Source: a virus. Taken from it: 64,000 nucleotides of DNA. This document shows positions 33,872 through 43,318 of this stretch, piece by piece. Both the position numbers and the translations under genes were made by a program. Positions within the stretch are counted from its first letter, which is position 1, and every line of letters starts with the position of its first letter. The stretch lies in IMG/VR virus record IMGVR_UViG_3300037423_001547, one strand, 5' to 3'. The notes beneath the pieces were generated by a model that made no database searches, had not been told where the DNA came from, and saw only the letters and a list, made by a program, of their open reading frames with translations.

Positions 33872-34051
33872 TCAGCTCTCCTTGTTTCCGGCCGACGTCT
33901 TCTTGGTGGTGACCGGCGGCGCGGAGGCGGCCGGGGCTTCGGTGGTGTGGGCGTCTTCGACGAGGAGGCCCTGCGCCTTCAGGTCGGCGTACTCGACGTC
34001 CCCGACCTCGATCGGCTGATCGGGGCGCATGGTGGTCCGGACGATGGGCAT
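33872..34051 (-). CDS. hypothetical protein (59 aa)
   Basis: ATGA overlap at 34051. MPIVRTTMRPDQPIEVGDVEYADLKAQGLLVED... Confidence 0.45.
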   Translation of the reverse strand: MPIVRTTMRPDQPIEVGDVEYADLKAQGLLVEDAHTTEAPAASAPPVTTKKTSAGNKES

Positions 34052-34278
34052 CAGGGGTAGTCCTCCCGACGAAGTGGGAACCGGTGGTGGGCGAACTGCG
34101 GCAGGAGCGGCAGCGCGATGGTCTGCTCGGGCGGGATACTCCGCGGGCACTCGACGATCCGGATGTCCCCGGTCAGGAGGAACTCCAGCTCCCCACGGGA
34201 GTTGTGGACGATGACCCGTCCGTTCCAGGTGAGGAGGTCGCCGCCGAGCCCGGCGTCCTGGATGGCGTAGCGGCTCAC
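34051..34278 (-). CDS. hypothetical protein (75 aa)
   Basis: GTGA overlap at 34275-34278 with the upstream stop. Confidence 0.5.
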   Translation of the reverse strand: MSRYAIQDAGLGGDLLTWNGRVIVHNSRGELEFLLTGDIRIVECPRSIPPEQTIALPLLPQFAHHRFPLRREDYP

Positions 34279-34724
34279 GACGGCACCTCCGTCCACGCGA
34301 TGACGAGGCCGGGGATGCTGTACCGGGCATACGAGGAGGCGTCGTCGTGGATACGGCGGTGCTCGCCTGTGGTGTACGCGGACAGCACCCGCGCCTGCGG
34401 GTAGCCGGTCGGCAGCGTGAGCGTCTGAGGGATCGCTGGGTGGTCGTAGCAGGCGGCCTGGATCGCCTCAGCCAACGCGGCGGCCTTGTTCCATGGCGGC
34501 TTCTGCGACTGCGGGTTGTTGGCCCAGCAGTCCACGCCGACCGCGGGCTCGCGCAACGGCACGTACAGGTTCGGGGTGCCGCCGGCCACGACGAGCGTGC
34601 AGAACCCGGACGCCGCCCACGAGGTGTTGTCCTTCGGGAGGGTGGTGGCGACGCGGTCGCCGACGACGGTCTTCAGCCAGGCGGTGGCCACGAGTTCCGG
34701 GGTCGGGCGCAGGCGGAGGCTCAT
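34275..34724 (-). CDS. tail terminator / tail completion protein
   Basis: 149 aa, called from position in the connector block only, with ATGA coupling. Confidence 0.55.
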   Translation of the reverse strand: MSLRLRPTPELVATAWLKTVVGDRVATTLPKDNTSWAASGFCTLVVAGGTPNLYVPLREPAVGVDCWANNPQSQKPPWNKAAALAEAIQAACYDHPAIPQTLTLPTGYPQARVLSAYTTGEHRRIHDDASSYARYSIPGLVIAWTEVPS

Positions 34725-35092
34725 GGCGTCCTCCGTTGGAACAGGGCCGGCCGGAGGTACGGCATGGGCTGTGTGCCGGGGTGGTTGACGCGGGCCACGG
34801 GGTGGTCCGCGCCGGGCCAGTACAGGGCCTTCTTGTTGCGGGGCAGGATCACGTGCGGGCTGGTGCCCATTTCCACGTCGGTGGCGTAGTTGCAGTCGAG
34901 GGAGCCGACCCTGAGCACTTTGTCGTGGACTTCGCGGCGGAGGCTGTCGTGGAGGCGGCCGGTGCGCTTGTGCACGTAGTTCCGGGCGTCGCCGAGGATG
35001 GCGTCGCCGATGGTGTCCTGGAGCCAGTCGTTGATCGCCTGGTCGACGTGTGCGCGCGCTGAAGGGTCGATCCGCACACCGGATCGCGCCAT
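34721..35092 (-). CDS. HK97 gp10-like head-tail adaptor
   Basis: ATG 35092 with a GGAGAGGAGG RBS. DAILGDARNYVHKRTGRLHDSL and GTSPHVILP resemble the gp10 family. Confidence 0.65.
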   Translation of the reverse strand: MARSGVRIDPSARAHVDQAINDWLQDTIGDAILGDARNYVHKRTGRLHDSLRREVHDKVLRVGSLDCNYATDVEMGTSPHVILPRNKKALYWPGADHPVARVNHPGTQPMPYLRPALFQRRTP

Positions 35093-35195
35093 GGCCGCCT
35101 CCTCTCCGAAGGTGGTCTCGTGCCGGCCGCCCGGTCTCCCCGAGCTGTGTGGCCCTGTTCGGTTGTTGATCGCGTTGCGGACAGCCGCAAAGCGA

Positions 35196-35525
35196 TCAAG
35201 TCGTGCGCCGCAGATCCAGCCGGCGGTCGACCCTGATGGCCGGGTTATCCATCCCAGACACCGCGTCGACGATGTACTTCGCGCCCGTGCACTCATCGAG
35301 CACCCGGTCCTGATCCGTCACGTCCGTATCCGCCGGCACCCGGGCGACGGCGTAGCGGACGATGCGAGGCGTCGGATCGTCCCTGGTCGTCACCCGCCGG
35401 GACTGCTCGGTCAGCGACGCGGGAATGCCCGTGTAGACCGCGGTGTCGGTGTCCTGCTCGTCGCCATAGGCGTCGGTGGTGGTGCCGCGGAGGACGCTGA
35501 TCCGGGTGGTCGCGACTGCCTGCAT
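35196..35525 (-). CDS. head closure / head-tail joining protein
   Basis: ATG 35525 in an ATGA overlap. 109 aa, called from position in the connector block. Confidence 0.55.
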   Translation of the reverse strand: MQAVATTRISVLRGTTTDAYGDEQDTDTAVYTGIPASLTEQSRRVTTRDDPTPRIVRYAVARVPADTDVTDQDRVLDECTGAKYIVDAVSGMDNPAIRVDRRLDLRRTT

Positions 35526-35971
35526 CACGCACCTCCGTGGTACGGGGCCCAGACGAGCGAGTCGTCCATGCTGTCCGACAGCGCGTCCCCGACCAGCGGG
35601 CCAGCGCCCTCGACCGCGGACCGGATGTGCACGGTCCTCGACCGCATCCACGACACTCGCTTCAGTGCGCGGGCGGCCATGGGTGCGAGGACCAGGCCGT
35701 CGCCCTGCAGCGTGGTGGAGACCTGGTCCTGCTGGATCTGCGTGGCATCCAGCCGCGTCTCCAGCCCGAACTGCCCCGCGATCCATGCTGCTTGGTAGGC
35801 GACGGCCTGGCCCAGCCAGTGAAGGTCCCGTGTACGCATCCGGTCCTGGTCGGTGTAGATGCGGTTGCTGAAGACCTCGATTGCAGCCTGCGCCTGAACA
35901 AGCTGCTGACCCGTCACCGACACCCCAGTGGTGTCGAGGACGTCCTGCACAGTCGCCCAGGCGTTGACCAC
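35525..35971 (-). CDS. head-tail connector (gp6-like)
   Basis: 148 aa. N-terminal WATVQDVLDTTGVSVTGQQLVQAQAAIEVF is typical of phage gp6-like connector proteins. Confidence 0.62.
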   Translation of the reverse strand: MVNAWATVQDVLDTTGVSVTGQQLVQAQAAIEVFSNRIYTDQDRMRTRDLHWLGQAVAYQAAWIAGQFGLETRLDATQIQQDQVSTTLQGDGLVLAPMAARALKRVSWMRSRTVHIRSAVEGAGPLVGDALSDSMDDSLVWAPYHGGA

Positions 35972-35972
35972 G

Positions 35973-36350
35973 TCAGCCCTCGCCCTCGATCACATCGCGC
36001 GGGGTGGTGGTGTCCTCCGGGTGGTGATCGACAGAGGCCGGGGCCGTCTCCACCGAGTACGTCAGCACCAGAGACAGACCGTCCGCATGCTGTTCGGCGC
36101 CATCGAAGGCCACGCCACCGTGAGGGTGCAGGCCGCGCTGGATCGCCTCGTTGACGACGCCGGCGCGGTTGGCCTCGTGCTGGTAGTCCTCGTCGTTCCA
36201 CCGTGCGGCAAGCACGACGAACTGCTTGACGAACCGCATGCCTTGCGCGCCGTCGGCGGTCCGCTCGTCGACCTCGACTTCGGGCTCACCGGCCTTCGCC
36301 GGATGCTGTCGGGCCCGCGCGCTGGCGGTGGTCTTCTTCGCTGCTGCCAC
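35973..36350 (-). CDS. hypothetical head-associated protein (125 aa)
   Basis: GTG start with a GGGAGG RBS, directly downstream of the capsid gene terminator. Confidence 0.6.
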   Translation of the reverse strand: MAAAKKTTASARARQHPAKAGEPEVEVDERTADGAQGMRFVKQFVVLAARWNDEDYQHEANRAGVVNEAIQRGLHPHGGVAFDGAEQHADGLSLVLTYSVETAPASVDHHPEDTTTPRDVIEGEG

Positions 36351-36370
36351 GGCTCGCCTCCCTGCCTGCT

Positions 36371-36403
36371 GCTGTACCGCCCGGAGCCGTCGGGCGGTAC
36401 AGC
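36371..36403 (-). terminator. 13-bp-stem hairpin just after the major capsid gene
   Basis: GCTGTACCGCCCG (36371-36383) pairs with CGGGCGGTACAGC (36391-36403). The capsid stop is at 36417. Confidence 0.7.
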
Positions 36404-36416
36404 GTCGTGAGGTGGG

Positions 36417-37331
36417 TCAGCCGACGAGGATGGACGCGCCGTTGGGGTGGCCGTAGGCGAAGCCGCGGCGGGCGCGCATCTTCAGGATCGACTCGTCCGT
36501 CAACGCGCTGAGGCCGTCGCGTCCGTCGATGAACACCGACTCCGGGCCTGAGCGGATACCGAGGAGCATCAGCTCCGGGTTGACGAACGCCATGATCGAC
36601 CGGCCGGTCGGCGCCGAGGTGGCGGTCGCGGCGAGCTTCGCACCCAGCGACCAGCGGATCGGCACGCTGAAGATGGTGTCGGGGGTTCCGGCCGTGCCCT
36701 GGATGAAGATCGGGCGGGACTGGCCGTCGAGGACACCGCGGAGGCTCTTACGGAACGACGGGTGCGCGATGGCGACCATGCTGCCGGGGTCGAAGTAGTC
36801 GCCGGACTCGACGTTGCCGATCGCGGTGGAGAACTCCGCGTAGGTCGGTGCGCCCGAGCTGGCGGCGGTGGTGATGTTCGCGCCACCGGTGTAGGAGAGG
36901 GTCGCGTCGGTGGTGTTCAGCAACTGATACAGCGACGTGAACGGGACCGTCGTACCGTTGCTGGCCGCGCTGACGGCGAGGCTCGCGTTGTCGATCATCT
37001 TGGCGTAGGACTTGCCCCAGCCCATCATCTTCGACTCGATGACGTTCGCCACCGAGTCATCGATGTCCTCCTCGGCGATACGGACGGCCTTGCCGAACTT
37101 CACCGCGGACAGGAGGACTTCGTCGTTGAGGGAGGTGTCCTCGCCGTAGGTGCCGCCCTTCGCGACGACCGCGACGTCCATGCCCGCGGTGCGGGGAACG
37201 TGCTTGGTGTCGGAGCCCATGGGGATACGGGCGGCGAGGGATTCGACGGCGGAGATCTGGGTGATGGACTGGACGACCTTGGACGTCTCCCACTCTTCGG
37301 GAATCCACGGTTCCATGGTGTTGCGGGCCAC
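36417..37331 (-). CDS. major capsid protein (HK97 fold)
   Basis: 304 aa, GTG start with an AGGAGGG RBS. Follows the scaffold. The sequence is typical of HK97-family capsids lacking a delta domain. Confidence 0.86.
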   Translation of the reverse strand: MARNTMEPWIPEEWETSKVVQSITQISAVESLAARIPMGSDTKHVPRTAGMDVAVVAKGGTYGEDTSLNDEVLLSAVKFGKAVRIAEEDIDDSVANVIESKMMGWGKSYAKMIDNASLAVSAASNGTTVPFTSLYQLLNTTDATLSYTGGANITTAASSGAPTYAEFSTAIGNVESGDYFDPGSMVAIAHPSFRKSLRGVLDGQSRPIFIQGTAGTPDTIFSVPIRWSLGAKLAATATSAPTGRSIMAFVNPELMLLGIRSGPESVFIDGRDGLSALTDESILKMRARRGFAYGHPNGASILVG

Positions 37332-37351
37332 GGTTGCCCTCCTGTGGGCGT

Positions 37352-37390
37352 CGTGATGGGGAAGCGTTTGTCGGCTCGGGCCCCATCACG
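37352..37390 (-). promoter_or_regulatory. hairpin in the 137-nt scaffold-capsid spacer
   Basis: CGTGATGGGG (37352-37361) pairs with CCCCATCACG (37381-37390). An AT-richer stretch at 37430-37468 is adjacent. Confidence 0.45.
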
Positions 37391-37468
37391 GGCGCCTACA
37401 AGCAAAGGGCGGTGGTTGGCTCCGATCACCGGAGTTATTTCACCTGATGATGAATATACCTCTGTACG

Positions 37469-38191
37469 TCAAGCCTTACCCAAGATCCGGGCCGCGTGCT
37501 GTTCCGCCGTCGACTTCGGCTTGTCCGGGGCCGCCGGGCGAGGCGCACCCGTCGGCCGCGCCTTCGGCTTCGGCCGTTCCTGCGGCAGCAGCTCCGGGTA
37601 GTCCGACTTCACCCGGTCCACCTCCGCCTCGACACCGAGGAGGTCGCCGTCGTCGTCGACGCTGATGGCATCCCAGTCGATCAGCTTCATCAGCCGGTCC
37701 GGGCTCGTGAACCCCGCTTCGGCCAGCGCCGCGCGGACACCGGACTTCTTCATCGGCTCCCGGAACCGGCGCTCCCCCTCCTCACGGGCCTCGCGTAGCG
37801 CCTTCTCGTGCTCGGTCTCGTCGCCGCGGGCCTTCTCCTCCAACTCCTTGTTGCGGAGCCGGTGCCGCTTCGCGTCGTCGTTGGCCTTCTTCAAAGCGGC
37901 CTGCGTCCGCGCCCACTCGTCCTTCGACGGCGGCTTGAAGTCGTCCCCGGTGTCGTCGGTCTTCTTGGCCGGAGGCTTCGGCTTCGGCGTCTCGTCGGGC
38001 TCCGGCTCGTAGTCCGGGCCAGGCTCGGTCTCCGGCTCCTCCTCGTCGGAGACCTCGACGTCCGGCTCGTCGTCGGTTTCGGCGCCGCCGGCGATGACGT
38101 GGATCGGGCGGCCGTCTGCGCGGTAGCCGAGGATCGTGCCCGGGGGCAGGCTGATGCCTTCAGCCTGCTCAGTGTTGGGGTGGATGCCCAT
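37469..38191 (-). CDS. scaffolding protein
   Basis: 240 aa, highly charged (Glu/Asp/Lys/Pro) and coiled-coil. Lies between the MuF-like and capsid genes. Confidence 0.75.
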   Translation of the reverse strand: MGIHPNTEQAEGISLPPGTILGYRADGRPIHVIAGGAETDDEPDVEVSDEEEPETEPGPDYEPEPDETPKPKPPAKKTDDTGDDFKPPSKDEWARTQAALKKANDDAKRHRLRNKELEEKARGDETEHEKALREAREEGERRFREPMKKSGVRAALAEAGFTSPDRLMKLIDWDAISVDDDGDLLGVEAEVDRVKSDYPELLPQERPKPKARPTGAPRPAAPDKPKSTAEQHAARILGKA

Positions 38192-38241
38192 GGTGTTCTC
38201 CCATCACGGGGTTGGCGACGCCCATCGTCGGGCGCCGGGGT

Positions 38242-39258
38242 TCATGCGGCGGCCGGGAAGCGGCCGGTCCTGATCGCGGTGCGGGCGCGGGCCTCGACCG
38301 CGGGCAGCAGATCGTCGACGGTGCGCAACAACTCGCGGGCGGCGCGCAGCCGTACCGCACGGGACTCGGACGGGCGGGCGGTGCCGTAAGCGAGGGAACG
38401 GTGTGCCTCCCGCTGCAGTGCCAGCGGGAACGGCACGCCCTCGGTGGTCCACGCGTCGTCCCAGGGGACTGCTCTGCACCTGCAGTGCGCGTGCAAGGGC
38501 GGCCCGTCCACGCCCGGACGGTGCGCACCACGCTGCCGGGGATCCCAGGACAAGCCGCCCGGGAACGGCTCGTCCTTCTTGACGACGCGGCCGGTGTACG
38601 CGCTGCAACGAACGCAGGCATCCGCTTCCGATACCCACACCCTGAGCGGAGCCGCCGCCCGCACCACCGCGTCCAGGCCCTCGTGCACGGCGGTGTTGAT
38701 GACCCACGCGATATGCGCACGCACCGCAGGCAGCGCGGCGCGGGCTGCGCCGAGCCCGGCCAGCATGTGCGACCAGCGCGACACCCGGTCCGGATGCAGC
38801 AAGAACAGTGCACGGTCGCGGCGCTCGGTCACCATCTCCCGGATCCGGCGCGCCTCGTCCCGCAGCGAACGGCTGACGGACGGGACACGCGGTTCCCGGC
38901 GCCGTCGGCCCGACGCGGCTCGAACGAACTCGGTGCCCTGCCGCACCCCCATCGCGAGCGCCGGGCCGAGCCCGTCGGCGAGTGCGGCGGGGGCCCGGTC
39001 GGCGATGCCGGCGAGGAGTCGCTGGACGGCTGCCTTCGCGGTGGCAAGGATCCGGCGCAGCGCGTCAGCCGAGGCAGCCGCATGGTGGGGTCCGCCGAAC
39101 GCGCGGGTCCACGCATCGAGGATGCGACGGATCAGCTCCTCGAACGCCCGGTCGGCGCCGCGGAGCGCACGGGCGGCGATCCCGTTCTCCAGGTCAACGA
39201 CCTCGCCCGTGTGCTCGTCCTGCACCAGGTTCATGAGGCGGTCGCTGGAGTACGGCAT
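38242..39258 (-). CDS. head morphogenesis protein (MuF / SPP1 gp7 family)
   Basis: 338 aa with CVRCSAYTGRVV...PPLHAHCRCRAVPW, the conserved MuF-like C-terminal motif. ATGA overlap with the portal stop. Confidence 0.8.
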   Translation of the reverse strand: MPYSSDRLMNLVQDEHTGEVVDLENGIAARALRGADRAFEELIRRILDAWTRAFGGPHHAAASADALRRILATAKAAVQRLLAGIADRAPAALADGLGPALAMGVRQGTEFVRAASGRRRREPRVPSVSRSLRDEARRIREMVTERRDRALFLLHPDRVSRWSHMLAGLGAARAALPAVRAHIAWVINTAVHEGLDAVVRAAAPLRVWVSEADACVRCSAYTGRVVKKDEPFPGGLSWDPRQRGAHRPGVDGPPLHAHCRCRAVPWDDAWTTEGVPFPLALQREAHRSLAYGTARPSESRAVRLRAARELLRTVDDLLPAVEARARTAIRTGRFPAAA

Positions 39259-40784
39259 CAGCCCTCCTCCTGCACCTGCGCGAGGGCTTCGAGGTCGTCG
39301 ATCGCCCCAGACAGCAGTGCGGTGACCTGCTCGCCGGTGATGACCCCGAGCGCGGCCGCAGACCCCAGCTTCTGAGCGGAGTCGGCCAGGGAGGCGAGGA
39401 CATCGACACGGCGCTGCAACTCGGCATCATCGGTACCCGCGAGCCACGCGTCGACCTGCTCGGCCCGGTAGCCGGCCTCCATGAGGGCCTGCTTACGCGG
39501 CACACCAGCATCGATCTTCGCCTTGACGGTCTGCCAGCCTTCGACGCTCGACACGGACCGGGCCGGCACCCAGTCGACGGTTACGACCGGGTTCTCGACG
39601 CCGAGGCGGCGCAGCGCGAACACGAACGCCTCATGCAAGGATGCGCCGTAGCTGGTCTGCCGGTTCTCCACCTTCGAGATGAACGGGCCGTCCTCCTCGC
39701 GGTAGGACTCGCCCGAGCGCTGGCTGGAGGACTGGGGGTCGAACATGCGCAGCGGGGTGTCGGTGATCTGTGCCATCGCCCGAACGTTGAAGTTGATCGG
39801 GTCGAGGAACACGTCAGGTTGGGCGGCGTCGAACTGCCCGACCTGCTTGAAGCCGCGTAGCAGCAGCATCTCGCCCGGCCCGGCTTTCAGGCTGCTGTCG
39901 TCACCGGAGTCGGAGGGGCCGGTGCCGTTCTCGTTGAGGGGCCAATCGTCGTCGTCGAAGTCGCCGGGTTCCAGATCGCTGGTGTCGGTGTTGGCGGTCT
40001 CGGTGAGCGCGTACCGCTGCGGGAAACCCTGGTAGTCGACGGTACCCATGTGGGTGGCCTGGAGCTTGGTGATGGCGTTCTGCGGGCCGTAGGCGCCGTA
40101 ATGCTCAGGACATCCGTAAGGGCGATCGTTCCTGAAGTGGAAGACGGGCTGCTCGCCCCAGTCATGGTCGATGACCCACGACTCAGGGTCGTCCGGGTCT
40201 GCGGGCCAATGGTTCCAGTCGGCCGGCTTGTCGCCTCGGGAGTTCTCTCCGGTGGTCCAGCGTTCGGTGCGGTCGTCGTACAGCAGCTCGGCCCGCTGGT
40301 ATCTGCCCTCACACCATCGCTTGATCGTGAAGTCTTTGCGGCGCGGGTTGTCCTCGGCGTAGATGACGCGGACGGTCTGCGGGGAGTTGTAGAACATCTC
40401 GACCCGCAGCACGTTGCCCTGCTCGTCCTCGACAGGCAGGACCATCAGGTAGGCGTCGCCGTACTCGCCGGCCCGGCGGAACAGGTCGGGGAGTTCGAGG
40501 TTGAGCTGGTTGTCCTTCCAGATTTTGGAGATGAGGGTGTTCGTGGCTGGGTCGGGGCTGGTGATCGAGGCGACCTTGAGCCGGTTGGTGACCGCGTTGA
40601 CGGGGGTTTTGGCGAAGTTGAGGTCGAAGTCGATGTGGTGGGCGCGGAGGGCGCGGCGGATCCGGGTCGACGTGAAGACTTCGGGGACTTTGCCGTCGTA
40701 GTAGATCTGGGCCTGGTCGTAGCCGGGGCGGGCTTCCTTCAGCTCTTCGATTCCGAGCATGAGGTCGGCGCGTGACTCGTCCAC
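39258..40784 (-). CDS. portal protein
   Basis: About 508 aa in an SPP1 gp6-like position and size. GTG 40784 has GGTGGGAGG upstream. The track start, GTG 40847, would bury the conserved leader motif inside the CDS. Confidence 0.9.
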   Translation of the reverse strand: MDESRADLMLGIEELKEARPGYDQAQIYYDGKVPEVFTSTRIRRALRAHHIDFDLNFAKTPVNAVTNRLKVASITSPDPATNTLISKIWKDNQLNLELPDLFRRAGEYGDAYLMVLPVEDEQGNVLRVEMFYNSPQTVRVIYAEDNPRRKDFTIKRWCEGRYQRAELLYDDRTERWTTGENSRGDKPADWNHWPADPDDPESWVIDHDWGEQPVFHFRNDRPYGCPEHYGAYGPQNAITKLQATHMGTVDYQGFPQRYALTETANTDTSDLEPGDFDDDDWPLNENGTGPSDSGDDSSLKAGPGEMLLLRGFKQVGQFDAAQPDVFLDPINFNVRAMAQITDTPLRMFDPQSSSQRSGESYREEDGPFISKVENRQTSYGASLHEAFVFALRRLGVENPVVTVDWVPARSVSSVEGWQTVKAKIDAGVPRKQALMEAGYRAEQVDAWLAGTDDAELQRRVDVLASLADSAQKLGSAAALGVITGEQVTALLSGAIDDLEALAQVQEEG

Positions 40785-40806
40785 CAGTGCGACCTCCCAC
40801 CCTTGA

Positions 40807-40821
40807 CCTTTGAATCGAAGG
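40807..40821 (-). promoter_or_regulatory. late-operon leader motif, copy 2 (upstream of portal)
   Basis: The minus strand reads CCTTCGATTCAAAGG, 22 nt upstream of GTG 40784. An inverted GAATCGAAG copy lies at 40746-40754. Confidence 0.5.
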
Positions 40822-40886
40822 ATAGACGGTCGATCGAGTCGCGTCACACCTCACCACAGGTAGCCCCTACCTTCGAAAGCGAGGCG

Positions 40887-42494
40887 CTACGCATACGTGG
40901 CGGCCCGAGCCGACGGCGCCGCCTTCTTCACCGGCGGCATGAATCGCCGGACGGCCGACCCCACCGCATCGACCATGTCGTCGTTCGGGCCCTTGGGGAA
41001 CGTGCACATCTGCTGCTCCAACTCCGGCAGCCTGCGCGCGTGAAACACCCGGCCACGCTGATACAGCCCGAGCAACCCCTCAGCCCGCGTGAACTTCGGC
41101 TCGCTCTGGTGAACCGTCTTCACCCTCACCGGCAAGCTGTGGAGGATCGCCTGCCACGCGTCGCCGCCCTGGTTGACCTCGATCAGGACCAGTCCGATCC
41201 GCGGGAACTCATCCAGCAACGCCAGCACCCGCTCCCTCAGCTCCGGGCCCGGGCGGACCTTAAGCGCCATCGCCGCGTGCACGGTGCACCGCTTATGCTG
41301 CGCCGACCACGACACCACGGCCAGCCCGGTGAAGTCGGACGCCCTCTTGGCGGTGGTGGCCGGGTCGATGCTGAGCATCATGTGGGTAATCGGGTCGGCG
41401 CCGGTGACCGGGTCGACGCGGTCTTCGATGTTCAGGGCGCCGTTGAGGCGTTCCAGTGCGGTCGGCGGTGTCGGGTAGCGGAAGTCGTCCGGTGTCCACA
41501 GTGCGCCGTCCGCGGCCAGCGGATCGTTCGCCATGTTCTTCGCATAAGACCTGGTGTGCCGTATCTCGGTCAGGTACCCGATGGGCCACTTCGCCGGCCA
41601 CATGGACCGCTCCGTGCCGTCGGGGCGTTCCACGATCGGCAGGCTGTGGTGCGCGCGGATCCCCTCGTCCTGGATCCACTGGGCGACGTTGACACCCTTC
41701 GCGGCCCGGACCAGCTGGTGGATGATGCTGCCCGGCATGGTGACGGTCCCGCAGATCGCGACGCGGGCGTAGATGTTCAGCGGCAGGATTGCGTCCAGCA
41801 GGGTGGTGAGTCGCTTCGAGGCGAGGGCGGCGGAGTAGCTGCTCTCGTCGGGCTCCACATCGTCGCAGAGAAGCAGGTCAGGTCGCTTCTCCTCCACCTT
41901 CATACCGAGGGCACTCGAATCGATGCCGTGAGCTGCGAAGATGAACCCGCTCTTGGCGATGTACATGCTGTGCGTGTCCGCGATGTTCTGCCCGGACGGC
42001 CGTTTCGCCGCGGTGCATAGGTCTGGGAAGTCACGGCGCAGCAAGGCGTTACCGTCCAGCTCCCGCTTGAACGTGCTGAGATGCCGTTCCGCCTGGGTGG
42101 CGGCCGATGCGAATGCTGCTGCGAACTTCACGTGCCCGTGCGCGGCAGCCCACATCGGCAGGATCAGGAACCACCACGTCGTCTTGCCGGTGTTGCGGGG
42201 CGCGATCCAGGCGTCGCGCTCCTCGGCCGGCCCGGTGGGCGGTCGTACCCAGCGGCGGCCGGCCCTGCACCAGTCGAGGTGGGCGTCACCGAAGGTGATC
42301 CGACCTTCCTCGTCTTTGAGATGGTGCCTGAGGTAAACGAGGGCGAACAGCAGGGGATCGAGCCGGGTGAGGGTGCGCCGGCCTTCGGGGTCGGCGAGGA
42401 GCCGCGCGTCGAACTGGGCGAGGTAGGCGTCCAGGTTGAAGGTCTCTGCGTCGAGGCCTTCGAGGTAGCCGACCGTGCGGGTTGCGGTCGTCAC
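40887..42494 (-). CDS. terL: terminase large subunit
   Basis: Walker A-like IAPRNTGKTTW, an ATPase domain and a C-terminal nuclease domain. The start is uncertain: GTG 42494 follows the upstream stop at 42499, and the track ORF extends to 42596. Confidence 0.92.
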   Translation of the reverse strand: MTTATRTVGYLEGLDAETFNLDAYLAQFDARLLADPEGRRTLTRLDPLLFALVYLRHHLKDEEGRITFGDAHLDWCRAGRRWVRPPTGPAEERDAWIAPRNTGKTTWWFLILPMWAAAHGHVKFAAAFASAATQAERHLSTFKRELDGNALLRRDFPDLCTAAKRPSGQNIADTHSMYIAKSGFIFAAHGIDSSALGMKVEEKRPDLLLCDDVEPDESSYSAALASKRLTTLLDAILPLNIYARVAICGTVTMPGSIIHQLVRAAKGVNVAQWIQDEGIRAHHSLPIVERPDGTERSMWPAKWPIGYLTEIRHTRSYAKNMANDPLAADGALWTPDDFRYPTPPTALERLNGALNIEDRVDPVTGADPITHMMLSIDPATTAKRASDFTGLAVVSWSAQHKRCTVHAAMALKVRPGPELRERVLALLDEFPRIGLVLIEVNQGGDAWQAILHSLPVRVKTVHQSEPKFTRAEGLLGLYQRGRVFHARRLPELEQQMCTFPKGPNDDMVDAVGSAVRRFMPPVKKAAPSARAATYA

Positions 42495-42498
42495 CGGG

Positions 42499-42738
42499 TC
42501 AGCCCTCGTCGTCGCGGCTGCTGACGTAGCCGCCGTTCTCGATCTCCAAGGCGGCCGTGAGCATGCCGAGCGTGGTGATCCAGTCGAGGGATTCACTGGC
42601 CGCCTTGACGAGGCTGACGACCCCGTCAGCCTTTACGATCTTCAGGATGACGTGGGCGTCGGTCGGCATGTCACCCTCGTCCAGGTCGACGGTGACGCCG
42701 AGCGCGTCGAGGAGCTGCCCGATCTTCTGGTCAGGCAT
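42499..42738 (-). CDS. hypothetical protein (79 aa) between terS and terL
   Basis: GGAGG RBS and acidic composition. Its start overlaps the terS stop region. Confidence 0.55.
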   Translation of the reverse strand: MPDQKIGQLLDALGVTVDLDEGDMPTDAHVILKIVKADGVVSLVKAASESLDWITTLGMLTAALEIENGGYVSSRDDEG

Positions 42739-43279
42739 TGGCGCCTCCGTCGAGGATCTGCTGCTCTTCCAACTGGGTGCGGGCCTTGGCCTCGCGGAGC
42801 ATCTCCTGCAGCTCCACGTCCTGCTGCGTGACCTGGTGGACGGTGGCGTCGACCTTGACGGGCTGATTGAGGCCCATCATGATCCGGAAGCTGTCGAGGG
42901 TCTGCCGGGCTTCGCGGAGCGCGGCAAGCACTGGCGCGTGGTCGCGGAGGGGCTTGCCGTCCTCGTCGCAGATGACCTTGCCGTGGGAGACCATCACATG
43001 GTCCGCTTCGGCGATCTCGATGGCCTTGGCGTAGGCGTACTCCAGGCGGCTGGCGTGGACTCGGATGGCCTCTTGGCCGGCGTCTTGGACGACGGCTTGG
43101 ACGGCGCGTTGGACGCTGCGCATGGCGGTCCATTTACTGACGCCGAGCTGTTCGCCGATCTCCCTGTAGTTGAGGCCCTGGCTGAAGAGGCGCGCTGCTT
43201 GGGCGTCTTGTTCTGCGGTCTCGATGGTGCGGGTGTACTTGCCTTTGCCGTTGCGGGCGTCCTGGTTGGGGTTGGCCAT
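42731..43279 (-). CDS. terS: terminase small subunit (HTH-containing)
   Basis: 182 aa with QGLNYREIGEQLGVSKWTAMRSVQRA, a sigma-70 region-4-like HTH. GAGGAGG RBS. First gene of the packaging block. Confidence 0.7.
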   Translation of the reverse strand: MANPNQDARNGKGKYTRTIETAEQDAQAARLFSQGLNYREIGEQLGVSKWTAMRSVQRAVQAVVQDAGQEAIRVHASRLEYAYAKAIEIAEADHVMVSHGKVICDEDGKPLRDHAPVLAALREARQTLDSFRIMMGLNQPVKVDATVHQVTQQDVELQEMLREAKARTQLEEQQILDGGANA

Positions 43280-43303
43280 GGTGGGTGCCTCCTCAAGCCT
43301 GTA

Positions 43304-43318
43304 CCTTTGAATCGTAGG
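43304..43318 (-). promoter_or_regulatory. late-operon leader motif, copy 3 (upstream of terS)
   Basis: The minus strand reads CCTACGATTCAAAGG, 24 nt upstream of ATG 43279. An inverted GAATCGAAG copy lies at 43336-43344. Confidence 0.5.

Noticed and set aside
37332-37468. tRNA or other RNA gene in the longer non-coding spacers (also 49288..49648, 7305..7430, 16331..16572)
   Set aside because: I could not fold a cloverleaf with conserved T-loop or D-loop features in any of them. They are reported as structured or regulatory spacers only.
38212-39375. 387-aa plus-strand ORF, and minus-strand alternative frames 38169..38813 and 38204..38707
   Set aside because: They overlap the MuF-like head morphogenesis gene, which carries the conserved HAHCRC motif. 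The shadow frames are Arg/Pro/Gly-rich.
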